Assembly: GCA_965645245.1 (NCBI GenBank)
Contig: OZ287069.1
Location: forward strand, 992,001-1,056,000
Direction of reading: 5' to 3'
DNA length: 64,000 nucleotides
DNA from: Massalongia carnosa
Taxonomy: Eukaryota
Shown: piece by piece, positions 35,441 through 49,271 of the stretch
How positions within the stretch are numbered: position 1 is the first letter of the stretch
Layout: every line of letters begins with the position of its first letter
Notes under the pieces: model-generated
Database searches by the model: none
What the model was told of the DNA's origin: nothing
What the model saw: the letters and a program-made list of their open reading frames with translations, nothing else
Translations under genes and position numbers: made by a program

Positions 35441-38400
35441 CTACCGTCGACTGTTCCTCAACACAAGCGTCTGCATTCGGATCAGCTGATCGGCCATTCA
35501 GCTACTTCTCTAGGGAAAAAGGACATACCTGGAAGAATAAGCGAAAGCCTTTCGCATCATAAGTGCACAGTGCGCGTAGATAATCCTCGATTGTCTGGGT
35601 ATCCATACCCATGCCGATCAGCTCCACGTCCCTCAGCCAAGAGAGGTACTCTTGACCGGTCTTGGCGTAAATGGATTTTTGCAAGCTGGCCGCTTCGCCC
35701 AGTACCTGCCTTCCGACCGCATCCTTAGCGTCGAAGTCAGCGTTGCTGGGAAGGGCCCAGCACAAGGGCGAGAAACGCGTCATCATAAATTGATCGAAGC
35801 CGGGAAGCTTGGGTTGAGGTGCTGTATTGCCCATAACACCATTTTGTTCAAGGGTAGGTTGGGTCACGACATCAGGACCTCCCCAGGTGATAACCATATA
35901 GTTAAGCACTAACAGCGCAACTTTAGCGGTTTGTAGATCATTAAGATCCTTGGCAAGATGTTCGATCATGGTTATAACGGCGTCGAAAGCAAGTTGATTT
36001 GCTGTCTCGATTAGCGATTCAACCTATCCAGCCATGACAAAGAACCTTACTTTCGCTGACCAAAACACCCTCTAAATTGTTATTAATAATAGCGAGCAAA
36101 AACCCAAGGTATTCACGCTTAAGTTCTGCCAACTGAATCTCGTCATCTGTGCCTGTGGCTGGCTCCCCGATTCCAAGGAAAACTCTTTGGAGAAATGGGG
36201 TCAAAAGAGTGTTGAGAATATCAAAGATCTCCGTTTTGAAGCTGTGAACAATTTGATCAAGAAGTTTTAAGAACAAGGACATCTCTTCTTTTGTCGAGGT
36301 TTGAGTAAGAAGCCCATCAATCCATCTGGGAAGTTGAGGAAGCACCCGATTTCCGAGGACTCCAATCAGCCGCGAGAGAGTAAATCTTGCTGCTTCGCGA
36401 ACATCGAAAGAATAGTTCAACGCCTCAAGGGCAACCAAAGTAGCTTCTGCCGTTTTGATAAATTCCTCAGATATATTACTTGCCAAAGGCGGAGCCGAGG
36501 AAGCCGCATAGCCAGGTGTCCAATCCGAAAATCCTTTTGCCAGTGTTCCCAAAGCCATGAGAAGGTGGTGCACTTGGAGTATCGCACGCTCATCGCCAAC
36601 CTTGGCTGGCCCCAGATGAACTTCTAGATCAGAGTATAAAGGAGTCATGATAGACTTAAGATAGAGGATTTTGTTATCCACAGGAATGGCATGAGCAGAA
36701 CAAATAGCTCCTATGGCTTCGTATAGGTTGAGTTGGCTTGTAAATCTTGCACTCACATTTTGATCGTTTTCGTCTGACCAAAAATCTCCATTTTCAGACG
36801 CCGCTTCTTGCAGTTCGGCCTTAATCGGAAGCAAGTCGCTAACTGTTTGGATAACCGATGGTGCAAAGTTTCCAATATGTTGGCGTACCTGCTTCACGAA
36901 ACGATGAAAGAGGTACCAGGATCTTGACTGAACTCTTACATGGTTGTGATGTACCAACTGCAGAAAGTTCTCAAGAGCGGGCTGAATAAGATGAGGATTC
37001 ATGTCGAAGAACGAATAATACCGAACACAGAGCTCCATATACTGCAGATGAATGGCTGGATGGGAAAATTCGACAATTTCTAGCCGAACGTCAGTGCATG
37101 CTGTCACTCGTACATAGAAAATATATACTTGATTCGACCATCTTGGACATCATTCCTACAAGCCGTTCCGCAGGGGCCGAAACTGGCCTTGTTTTACTAT
37201 ATAGTGCTCCACCCCTAAGGCCAAGCTCTCCAAACAAGTACATTTCATGCATTGCGAGGTCGATATCTCGCCAATCAACGTTCCGTCCTTGGCGCTGAAA
37301 ATTATCAAAAGCTGTTATGACCACATTGCTGATGCTGTCGACGTAAAGAGCCTGGTCAATCGACGCAATCGCTTGCTGCAGCACATTCAGCCGTTTCCTA
37401 AGCTCTTGGAACTCTGCCTCATCGGTCTGAGAATCCTCGTTGCCCCAAGAAGAAGTATCATCATACTTCATCTTGGCAATCACAGCATTTAGCAAAGGAG
37501 GTAACATGCTAGCATTTTCCACATATAAGACGCTGTTGGCTTTGGCCTTTTTTCGTAATAAAGTGAGGAGGTCCGTTACGCAAGGAATGACGGTGGAACA
37601 GAGCTCATCGTATTCGTCAGAGAGAAAGCGAAGGAGATGAGGCAAAAAGATTTTCAGCTGAGAATTTCCACGAATTGAGACTGGTACTCCGTCTTGTACA
37701 CTTTCTAAGGCTTTTATTATATCATACATCGTGTTGTTCACAAGCTTGGCCACTGCCTCTGCCAAATCTATGTCATAATCCGGAGTAGAACGTAACTCTC
37801 GTAAAGGTTTACTCTCGGTTAGTTGAGAGATTACATCGTTGACTTTGAGAATCTCGATGAGCTCAAGCTTGTTTTCAGCAGCCATCTTTTTTCCAACAAT
37901 CTCTGTGAAAGTCTCAGTGGCCATGAGAATAGTTTTGGTGGCGGAGTGCAAAGGCGATAACAGCTGAAACATTATGGTGAGAAAAGAATCGTTAATAATT
38001 AATGAAATGTCCGTCCACGCAACCCATCTTTTGACTGCCGTAAGACAGTGTTCTACAACTGTGGCATCTTTAGCTCTCCACTGCATAAGAATTTCGTGCC
38101 ACGAGGAGACGATCATTTTCGCGTCTCTCTCCCTTACAAGATCTTTGAGATCGTTACTTCTCTTCTGCTCCTCAGGAGTCCTTAGTACTAGAACATCGGC
38201 AATCTCATCATGAACCGAGTTCAAAACCCGTAGGTAGAATCGGACGCCTCGGAGGTTATCTCGGGTGCAGGAGCCTGCTCCGACGGTCAAATTAACCATA
38301 TCGTGGAAAAAGTTCGTCCATTGCGTAGCATAAAGAAACAAAAATAAAGACGTAATGATTTGTGTCGCCTTGTTCTGTATGTTGGCCGAATCGGTGGCAG

Positions 38401-38772
38401 GATTGCTACCACCATCAACGCTATACACGTTACGAATATATTCCATCATGTTGGCTCGCACGAAATCTAAACCCTGAGCATCAAGCTGCCTGGTACGTAT
38501 CGCGTTGTTTATGATATCCAAAGCAACATGACGAACCACCTCAGATGGGCGTGGATCCCGGACCACAAAGGAAAGACAGACTTGCCATCCTTGAGGCTCA
38601 GAACGGAGCTGGCTGAGGAGATCGAGCGCTCGAGACCTGGCGTTGAGATCCGAGCTGGGGTTGGAGGCTATCTCAATAGCACTCTCCACCTAGAAACACC
38701 ACAAGCGTAAGCATAGTGGCGCCGAGTTTATTGAGAAGGATCGTTCCAGGGCTCACGTGCCTGTTTGTCCAT
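35441..38772 (-). CDS. LOS1: Exportin-T (tRNA export karyopherin); 5 exons, first intron GC-AG
   Basis: [12 protein letters not shown].., [65 protein letters not shown]. Confidence 0.92.
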
Positions 38773-39490
38773 TCTTTGGTAGCAAGATCTTCTCTATTCC
38801 ACCAGCTAGCGAATGATGAAAATCTTCCAAGAAGGAAGAGCGGTTCGAACGGTGTTTGCATTGGTACCTCTTACATGGAGTCACGGAAAGACCGAGTTGT
38901 ATATTATCGAGTCATGGGGGTGAATGGGGCTTTCTTGCCTGTTATGAAAATAGGCGCATACTGTAAACTTCACGTGGGATACTATTCATGCGGTCTATAA
39001 AAGCGTGAAAGAGTGGTCAGATTGGATAAATAGCATCTAAGCTCTTGGATAAATAGAATCTAGGCTCTTGGATACAGAATGTAGTCCAACAAGAACGAAA
39101 ATATCCATTATCGACGAACTGAATATCAAAATTTAGGAAAAGCCGCTAAGCGTATTGAGCCTTTCGTTGAACCTTGCTGCTGCCTCCTGTCTCACTCCCT
39201 ACTAGCCCTTGGGTATTCACTTTCTATGCATTTTGTATGCTCACTGAGTACATAGGCTAATGAAATATTACTCTTTTGGAACTCTATCTAGGAGGCTAAC
39301 ATTACTTAAAAGCAACAAATATTGCTAGAACGGCAACTCCCTAGAACAAAAGCAACCTTTTTTTGAGGATAAGGATGTGCTATATCGGAAACTCTTTTCC
39401 TATGAGAATTCTGCCACGACGCGCGATCCGGCAATGACTGGGCTTGCGTCAACCCAGACCAGCAATTTGAAACAGGGTATGCTGAAGCTT

Positions 39491-41230
39491 TCAACGAAGA
39501 ATAGGATCAATCATATCAATATCCTGGCCTCCGCACTTACCCATACACTGTTTTTGGGTACTCATATCGTGGTCTTTGACCCTAACGATCCCGCTCATAG
39601 ACGTTGCACAAATATGCTTAACGTTATCAGGGTTGTCCTGAGCTATCATCTCTGGGTGAAGCGTCACTTGTATGCCTTCCATATCCTCTTCAACCTCGAA
39701 TTGCATATCTAAAGCTTGCTCAGCTTCTAAGTCCTGGGTGGTAGCAGCAATCGATAAACCGTCCCAGCCTGGACGACTAACAAGTTTTTCGCTTCCAAGG
39801 AGAAGATTACTGATATCGAGATTAGTTAGTCCATGGTGAAATTCAAGGTGGATCTGAAGGTCATAAAGCCGCATAAATCGATAATCGCAGTTCAAAACTA
39901 AACAGGCAATATTCCTACCACTCTCATTCTCGTATCCGGAGCCTGTAAGCAGCACCAACGATGATGTGGTTTTCTTTCTAGATTGGATCTTGCCATCTTT
40001 GTTCAGAGCATCCTTTCTTTTGTGCTTCCTTGCGTGGTCCAAACCAAGATGCGCAGTTCGGATATGTTCTTCTAAAGTGTGTTTTGATGCGAAAGCTCGA
40101 CCACATGCATCGGAGCCGTCCCAATTCTCCACTCTATTCAGGCCGCTAGGGCTGATATCACCGCAAACAAACCTCCTCTCCCCATGCGCCGTCTGAGTGT
40201 GTATCGTGAGGTTACCTTTCTTGGTAAAGCCTCTTCCACAGCCAGGTTCAGCGCAAGCATGCGTTCTGCGCTCATCCACCCCTAGATCGCCATGTATGAT
40301 ATCCACGTGTACCTTCAGCTCTCGATGAGATTTACAGCGTAACCCGCATTCAAAACATGTAGGTGGATGATAACTGACAATATGTGCTTGTAAGGCTGCG
40401 TATGTCGAAAACCCAATTATTTGAGTGCCTTGATGCAGGGTTTGGCCATCTACCAGCCCTTCCGGAGAGCATACTGTACACCAGAATCGATTGCCTCCAT
40501 GCAACCTTCCTTGGTGTGATTTCAGCTTTCCCGCAGTGTCAAAACCTGCTCCGCATTCCTCTCCTTCATATAATAACTTGCAAGTAAATGGACTCTTCCC
40601 CTCGTGAATCATCATTACATGTTTTTGCAGAGTGCCGTGTTTCCGAAAACTCTGCCCACAGCCGATAACTTCACATCGAAATTTCTCCTGTCCTTCATGG
40701 ACAGCGTTATGCCTCCTTAACCTGGTCCCTGTGGAGAAGCTTTTTCCACAACCTTGCTTTTGACAGATATAATCTCGGATTTCAGAGTGTGCTGACTTGA
40801 TATGGTGTTTTAGGTGAGATTTCCGGAGAAAGTCCTTAGTACATGGGAGATGGGAGCAGACGAAAGGCCGAGTATTAGTATGCGAACGAAGATGCTGAGC
40901 TAATTTCGCCGGGCGGTTGAATAATTTTTCGCAACCCGAAATTGAACAAGGAATAGTTTTCAAATTTGAGGGAAATCGAGGGGAAGACACAGACGAAAAG
41001 GGGGTCTGAGGAGTTGAATGGCTGATTTCCGCTCCGTCTTCGTCACTACCAGACGAAGATTCTAAGTTGTCATAACTAGAGCCATCAGAACCTAGACAAT
41101 CAGTTAGATTCAATGTGATACGCCAAACATGATTCTACCAACATTCATCAGGATCTTGTTCATACCGGGCTTTCTTCAACCGTGCACCTTGATCCGCTAC
41201 TGCTTTTCGTTTCAGCCTCTGATCAGTCAT
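39491..41230 (-). CDS. Transcription factor IIIA (multi-C2H2 zinc finger); 2 exons
   Basis: About ten C2H2 fingers starting CSISGCEKLFNRPAKLAQHLRSH and CSHLPCTKDFLRKSHLKHH; head-to-head with RPB6, as yeast PZF1 is. Confidence 0.85.
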
Positions 41231-41532
41231 AATAAACTTTAAGGATCTTAATAGCTGTTAGTCATTCGTCTCGGAAGTCTTCATGCTTGAATAGATAGAG
41301 GTGTATCTAATTTGTTTCTCGAGTACGGAAGTTTATTCCGCCATGAGCTTAGCGCATCGCTTATGATAAGAGATAGATTCATAACACTTGAAGCCTTATT
41401 CGCTTAGGGTTGCCGCCGGACTAGGCCATGAAAGCTTGGCACACTAGGAAATTTATATAATGGGCAAGACTTCGCTTAGAACTATTTTTCCCGAATCGCC
41501 GATTGAAATACTTACGTTCCTACTTCAACGAA

Positions 41533-42499
<967 letters not shown>

Positions 42500-43618
42500 C
42501 CTCGAGCTTTCCTCCACTCTACAAAAGCTCCATCCTACCCACCAAATCTTTCAGTAAATCCCCGGCTGTTCTTCAAGTTCAGCCAATCGGCATCGGTATA
42601 TCCCATGGCAGGCGTTTAGTACTTCACGGAAACCATCCCCTCATCCTAGTTCGGCGTTTTATCCAGGGCGGTTTCTGACTTTATATTTTTTCTTCTTCAA
42701 AGAAACCACAAGTTAAAACCTCCGCTCTTCTCCTTCTGCTTCCTCCCCCCTCTCTACACAAATACATCTAGCGCAACCTACACCCAGCCCACCCCTAATC
42801 TCCTACCTCCTCTCTTTTAAATCCACCAAACCTCCCATCTTCCATTCCCCTGCCTAACCAACAATCGCATCCATCTCAAGTTCTATACTTTCTGTATCTT
42901 CTCTATAAACGACCAAACCAAATCACAGTTCAAGTTTTTCGACAAAAACCAACGGGTTGAAGATTAACTTTATGCGGACGAACTAGACCCTACCATGATT
43001 GATCAACAATCTTCGATGAGTTTTTGGGTACCAGTTACTGAGTTATTTCTTGAGATTTAAGTACGTGGGGAGGTAGGTAGTTGGGTAGGTGTATAGGCGG
43101 GTTAACTAAACCAGTCTCCATATCCCATATAATAGATCAAACAAACAGGAAGCTTACATCGAAATATTTTGTAAAAAAAATTCGGATAATACACTTCTTC
43201 AGCATGGAGATCACAGCTGGCGCTGTAGGCTTTGTTGTTTTAATGGGGTTGAGGTTGATGACAGTGAGCTAGATTCCTTCATCGCTTGATCCAGTTCTTC
43301 TCATGTTCAAACTGCTGATAGCTTGCAGTCTGTCTTCAGACAAAAATGGTAATAGTAGAGTACCGTGGCATTGATGAAATTGGCACAAGAATAAGTTTAG
43401 CCAGTACCTAAGATTGGATCCTTGTTGTAGATGGACCACTTATGTATGCTGCAATGGCTTCATGGGGGACAGTCATCATACGACCGTAAGAGGTTCCTGA
43501 CAATCAGTGAGCATATTCAGTACACAGGCAGCGGAGTACTAACGAGAACGCAACGGTGAACAGCTTCAAGACAGATACCTTGAGGCCACGCTTGTCTGGG
43601 CGGAATCCGGCTATCAAT

Positions 43619-44866
43619 TTATGCTTGAGATACAGCACCATTGCCAACGTTTACACGGCCGACCTCTATTCTACGAAGTTTTTCCACAACCCCGGGCAAT
43701 AACTTCTCGACGCTTTCGCTGCATCGGACGCCCGACGTGCCATCATTACCCAACCTGATGTCGGCGAAGAAACTCTCCTCACCCCTCACTCCACCTACAT
43801 TCAAAATCGCAATAGGCATTTTACGCTCCTTGGCTCTCTTCACCAACCTCCAAGCGGAATAAGTAGCTAGGCTGCTTCCAATAACAAGAATCCGATTTGC
43901 ATTATCAATGGCTTCTTCCGCGGCAGTTTTGATATTTTCCGGAATAGATTCTCCAAACATAGTTACAGCCGGTTTAAGTACCCCAGCGGTGGATGTGGAT
44001 GCCCAAGCTCCATCTCGATCAACTTTAACCTGGGACTTTGTGCCATCGGGTAGAATAAGAGGTTTCCCCAGACATGTTGGACACGCTGGGTATCGAAAGG
44101 TACTGTATGGTGCATTTGGTAAATCAACGTCTCCATCAGGATTGGTTTTCAATCCCTTCTTCCTCCTTTCATCGGGATTTTCCGTATCCAATGCCCCAGC
44201 CTCCAGCATTTCTGCCAAATAAGTCGCCCAAGCTGGATTTAAAAATGCGAGAGACTTTTGAAATTCGGTCCTGGGGAAAAGATGATGGCAATGAATGCAA
44301 ATAAGCGATCGAAGATAACCATGGAGCTCCAGAGATTTCAAACCTGGATGAGCTATGGGATGGAGGGAGTCCACGTCTACGGACCAATCATCATCAGCAA
44401 AGCTTGAATGAATGTACCCTTGATGCATGGCTGACGAACTCTGAGTAATAACGCTACTGATGAATCCCAATTCCCCAAGATCCTTAACGGCCCAGTGAGC
44501 AGCATTAGGTTTAGCTCTGTGCAAATTGGTCCATCCTAGGAAACTTCTGGCCCAATACCTCTTTCGGGCTCCATGGCTACTGATAAACTCGTGGTAATAT
44601 ATCGGTCTATATTGCTGGTTCAATATATAGGTGCCAGCCCTGCCGCGATAGTCCGCCAAACCAGAGCCCACCGATATGCCAGCTCCGGTCAAGAGCACCG
44701 TCTTTGGCGCACTCCTTCGAGTAAGTAATGGGTTTTCCTGATTTGGAGCCGAGAGAAAGTTGGAGAGCGCATGGATGGCGCCGATTGGGGTATTGGCATT
44801 TCTTGGGAGGATGATAGGGGGTGGTAATGGACCCGTATAGGGGATTCGCAGGAAGGCTTTCTGCAT
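43619..44866 (-). CDS. Sir2-family NAD-dependent deacylase, SIRT4-like; one 63-nt intron
   Basis: LTGAGISVGSGLADYRG, RKRYWARSFLGW, ITQ|NVD, ELHG, CxxC...CxxC, NPDGDV, LKPAVTMFGE, GSSLATYSAWRLV. Confidence 0.92.
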   Translation of the reverse strand: MQKAFLRIPYTGPLPPPIILPRNANTPIGAIHALSNFLSAPNQENPLLTRRSAPKTVLLTGAGISVGSGLADYRGRAGTYILNQQYRPIYYHEFISSHGARKRYWARSFLGWTNLHRAKPNAAHWAVKDLGELGFISSVITQSSSAMHQGYIHSSFADDDWSVDVDSLHPIAHPGLKSLELHGYLRSLICIHCHHLFPRTEFQKSLAFLNPAWATYLAEMLEAGALDTENPDERRKKGLKTNPDGDVDLPNAPYSTFRYPACPTCLGKPLILPDGTKSQVKVDRDGAWASTSTAGVLKPAVTMFGESIPENIKTAAEEAIDNANRILVIGSSLATYSAWRLVKRAKERKMPIAILNVGGVRGEESFFADIRLGNDGTSGVRCSESVEKLLPGVVEKLRRIEVGRVNVGNGAVSQA

Positions 44867-45252
44867 GTACAGCAGATTCAGGAAGCTGCCAGTTGACGAA
44901 CCGACAGAAATCAACACGATCGAATGCTCTACGTCATGAAGTCTTAAAGATCTATCACGTGAAACACTGACGTATTTTGCACGTTTTACCCGGTAGGGTT
45001 TAGGGTTTCGGTTTTATCTAGAGTAGCTATTCATACAGCGCTAGGGAGTGCCTCACGGGTAAACTTGGTAATAATGCATGTTGATACTCCATCCCCAATA
45101 GCCTCTTTTTTCTCTGTTCGTGCCTAGCCTTTGCCGATACAAGATCCATGAAATGCCCCCTTTCTTTCCAATGGCCATATTGGACAATGCTGTTCTGTGT
45201 TTGAAGACATACTGCTCAGCTACCCCCAAGCTTTGATCCAACGAGCATATTC

Positions 45253-46791
45253 ATGACGTTAATCCGTAGCCTGCATGGCGGCACCACGACGTATTTGCGG
45301 CGTACTATTAATAGTGCCTGTACCTGTTCCTGGAAATTGATTTCCACATCCCCCAGCCACAAGCTTTTTCGAACACCAGTGCGACTTCAACAACTGTCCT
45401 CCTTCCAGCCTCTACATGCTCACGTCATCAACACCAAGTTCTCTTTGATTGTCCGCCATTCAGGCAAAACATCAAGTAATGCTTGTAGCAATCGACTATT
45501 TGTCGCCATGACTACTGTCGTCCAAACACGCATGCATGGCGGTCACTCGCATTCGCACTCCCACCACCACGATAACACCTACCTCACTTCGTCAAACAAA
45601 AAAGATGCAGGTGTGCGAATCACGCGGATTGGACTCTACGTCAACCTGATCATGGCTGTCGGCAAAGGCATCGGGGGATATTACTTCAACTCTCAGGCTC
45701 TAGTTGCGGATGCCTTTCATGCTCTGACTGACTTGGTTTCTGATTTCATGACGCTTGGGACAGTTTCTTGGTCATTGAAGCCACCCACTTCTCGATTTCC
45801 GAGAGGATATGGTAAAATTGAGAGCCTGGGATCTTTGGGGGTAAGCAGTTTATTGCTTGTTGGTGGAATTCTTATGGGCTTGAACGCATGTGAAGTACTC
45901 TATCATGAGTTTTTCTTTGATGCCGCCGCTTCGGCAGGTCATGGGCATAGTCATGGTGGGATATTTGGACATTCACATAGTCATAATACCATGGATCTCG
46001 GACCAAACATCAATGCTGCATGGCTGGCCGGAGGCTCAATTATTGTCAAAGAGTACTTGTATCGTGCAAGTAGGTTTTTCCTCTGGCTTCAAAATCTCCG
46101 GTGCTGACTTGCATTCAAAGCTATGAAAATCGCAAAAGAGCGCAAGTCTTCGATTCTCGCCTCCAACGCCGTTCATCATCGCATTGATTCATTAACAAGT
46201 ATCGTTGCGCTTATTGCGATTGGTGGATCCCATATCTTCACAGGAACTACCTGGCTTGATCCAGTAGGAGGTCTCCTAGTCTCCATGATGGTCATTAAGG
46301 CTGGCTGGGGAAACACAGGCGCTGCCTTGCTTGAGCTAGCCGATGTAGGGGTTGATGATGAGATGAGGAGTTCTGTCCGCAAGGCGGCTACGAAAGCGCT
46401 TGATAAAGCTAACCTTGGGACGGAAGGTAGCAAAAGAGATAGCGTGGCCGTTCGGGATGTTCAAGGCGTCAAAGCGGGCCAAAATTATTTGATAGATATT
46501 GAGATTGTGGTCCCCGGTACATGGACGATAGACGAGGCACGTCGTACCGAGGATTTAATACGTGAAAGAGTCGGAGCTACTGTTCGAGGTGTCCGACGAG
46601 TCAAGATGAGATTTGTACCCCAAGCGAACGAAAAGCCCAATTTCGCTGATGAATTCATCGGAGCACATATCAGCCCTGGAGAAAGCCCGGAGCCTGAGGC
46701 TATTAAGGAGATCGATCATGATCATGACCACAACCGTATCCACAACCATCATGACCATTCTACCACCGTTAGCGCAAGGAAACGCCTTTGA
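45253..46791 (+). CDS. MMT2: Mitochondrial cation-diffusion-facilitator metal (iron) transporter, MMT1/2-like; 2 exons
   Basis: Presequence, His-rich HSHSHSHHH, RITRIGL, ADAFHALTDLVSD, GYGKIESLGSL, NAVHHRIDSL, WLDPVGG. Confidence 0.9.
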
Positions 46792-47996
46792 TGGTCTTGA
46801 TTCGTCTCGATGCATGGAATACCACATGTACTTCGCTTATGATAGGATTGATGTTTAGCGGCATGAGAAGCCAACTCCACATAGTGCTGGCGTTTTTGTT
46901 TGCCCCTTGGATGAACTTTACTTTGTCCAACGCGTTATGCACAGGATAGAGTCGAGGATTCGTATCCGTCATCTCGGGCTTTGGATGCATAGTCTGCCGA
47001 ACTTGAATTGAGGCGGCTGTCTTAGAAGGATTGGCGATGCTCAGCATGGGCATTTCCGCAATAGTCATTCAGCTTCAATGAATTGAAGCAACTAGCTAAG
47101 GGTTTGCAACATACAGTCCAGATGGATTTCGTTCACTTTTCCTCCGTTCAGGGTTCTCTCTTGTCGATAGTGTTTCACTTTTCAAAAGTAATATTGTGAT
47201 TCCCGCCTTCTCCACATACCTTATAACCACACATTAGGCCGTCTCTTTCAACCAGAATTTTCCATCCACCCTCTCAGTTATTGGATACGACAGGTACCGC
47301 TTGCCTTGACTGTTCGCGAATAGAAGGAGATTTGTTGGAGTAGCTGTGAGTTGAACAAATCCCCATTCTTCAAAGATTCACAGCTTATCATTTCTACGCT
47401 CGATATCGTCATTCATCGCCTGAGCATCAACTTCACGCACCGTTACCGTAAAACTCGGGTCTTGCTTCAAGCAACTTCCATGCTGAAGGAGGTCGATTTT
47501 ATTTTCAGCCAGCTATTCACGAAGTGTGTTTTTCGATTACCTGTGCGGCGAAAAATTGCTCGTACTGGATGTACTGTTTTCACACCCTTGATCCAAAGCT
47601 CCCCCCCTCTTAAATGCCTCTTAAATTCACCTTTTGAAGGTTCGCCTCTTCATTCATAGCAGTGTTCCCAAAGGGTTGCCCAATACTTTCTTAGCCATGG
47701 CTGAGAATGACGAGTTTCACATTGCTGTGGCTAGCTATTGAGCTCCTGGTTCGATCGAAGATGTAGAGACGTTTCTTTGATACCCTTTCCGACCAATATC
47801 CACACCTACTACCCTGCGATTTTGATCGTCTCCAAGGCTTCTCGAGTATACCCTTACGACCATTCTTCGTCCCATCTTTGCACAACTTCCATATTATCGA
47901 CAACGACAGCTTTGCCTGGATAGCCTTCTTTGGCTCTAGGCTGCCACATCGATTCCTCCGAAAGCATCCCTTGACAGGTAGTTGGGTCTTCTAACC

Positions 47997-48140
47997 ATGG
48001 TGTTCTTTGTGTGCTGTGAGTGCGAAGCGATCTTTGCTCTGCCCACTGTAGAGGGCCCAGAACCACGGAGATGCGTTTATTGCAAACACATAGAATGCCC
48101 CGGATGTAAATTGAATATCGCTCCCCTACACATACCGTAA
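47997..48140 (+). CDS. Small Cys-rich ORF (47 aa unspliced), possibly exon 1 of a longer gene reaching about 48390 or 48752
   Basis: MVFFVCCECEAIFALPTVEGPEPRRCVYCKHIECPGCKLNIAPLHIP; ACCATGG start context; candidate GTAAGA...GCTAAT..AAG intron at 48137-48180. Confidence 0.5.
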   Translation: MVFFVCCECEAIFALPTVEGPEPRRCVYCKHIECPGCKLNIAPLHIP

Positions 48141-49271
48141 GACTAGTCTCTAAGCATAACACCCATCTGCTAATCTAAAGGTCTCAGTTATCCACCAGAA
48201 CCCCTACCAGACGCTGCGCTTATAGGCAGGCGTTATACCGTCTTATCGGATGGGAGAACTATCTCAGAAGCAATCCCCCGCCGGAATTCTCGTACTTCGG
48301 TCAGCCCATCGCCTACCCGTCGTCGAGTCAACAGTGGACAAGGTTCTGGGACGCCGCAAATTCAACAAGCATCCAACGCGTCCACAAGTAGCGGCGAAGG
48401 ATCTAGTTCCCGGGAGCGTATGGAAGAACTAATGCGGTTTCGAAGCACACTACAGGACATGGCCGCAGAAAATGCCCAAAGACTAGCCATTCTTTCAAGA
48501 AATTCCCCAGGCGGTACTAGTAGCTCCAGCTCGCAATTTGGAACCGACCACGCTCCCGCTCACCATGAAACATTACGCCTTTATACACGCAGACTAGAAA
48601 CCTTAGGTGTAGAACTTGATCAAAAAATTCGTGAGAGTAGAAAAGAATTGGCGGGCGGTAGCAGTGACTCCAGCACGCAAGCTATAACCGGCGACTCTCC
48701 ACTAAACGATGAAGCATCTCAGTCTCCCTATAGGCTATTCATTTCTAGGTAGCTCCACCACCGGCAAGGGCACATCTGGAACGGATACCCTATTGTCTGG
48801 CTCCTATGATCCTCCCTTTCCTCTCATCTGCTCCTCTTCCTGTTTTTCTTACCGTGCTACGAATCTTAGGGGTATGGGGCCTCGTTTGGGTGTTTTTCAT
48901 GTTGTTCTATAGAACGGTGGTTTTTTATTGCTTTGGTCTGGAATAGATGTATCAATAGCATGTATGGCATGGTAGGGTGGTTTTCTTTTCTGCACAAGAT
49001 ATATAATGTATTGATGCCGACAGGTGTACATGGCATATAGACTACAAGCATACCTGTTGGTAGATTCCCCAATATTCCCTTACAATAGATGATTGTACAC
49101 TAGTTGTGAAAAAGTCTTCGGCACACCCCACCCAAATCGAAAACCCCTTTTACAGCGCATTTATTCCCCCTGCTTAATGCACCCCAAAACGACTGTTTTA
49201 TTGTTCCAAAATTGCACTAATTATCGACTGGTATGTGCTTCATTTGTCATTCAAATCTGATGATGCTAATA

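Noticed and set aside
44993..45008. Telomere-like repeats TAGGGTTTTAGGGTTT
   Set aside because: Only two imperfect units in a promoter; at most a Tbf1-type site.
47100..47950. Possible degraded TE or gene
   Set aside because: No recognisable motif, terminal repeat or consistent frame; may simply be the upstream region of the small Cys-rich ORF.
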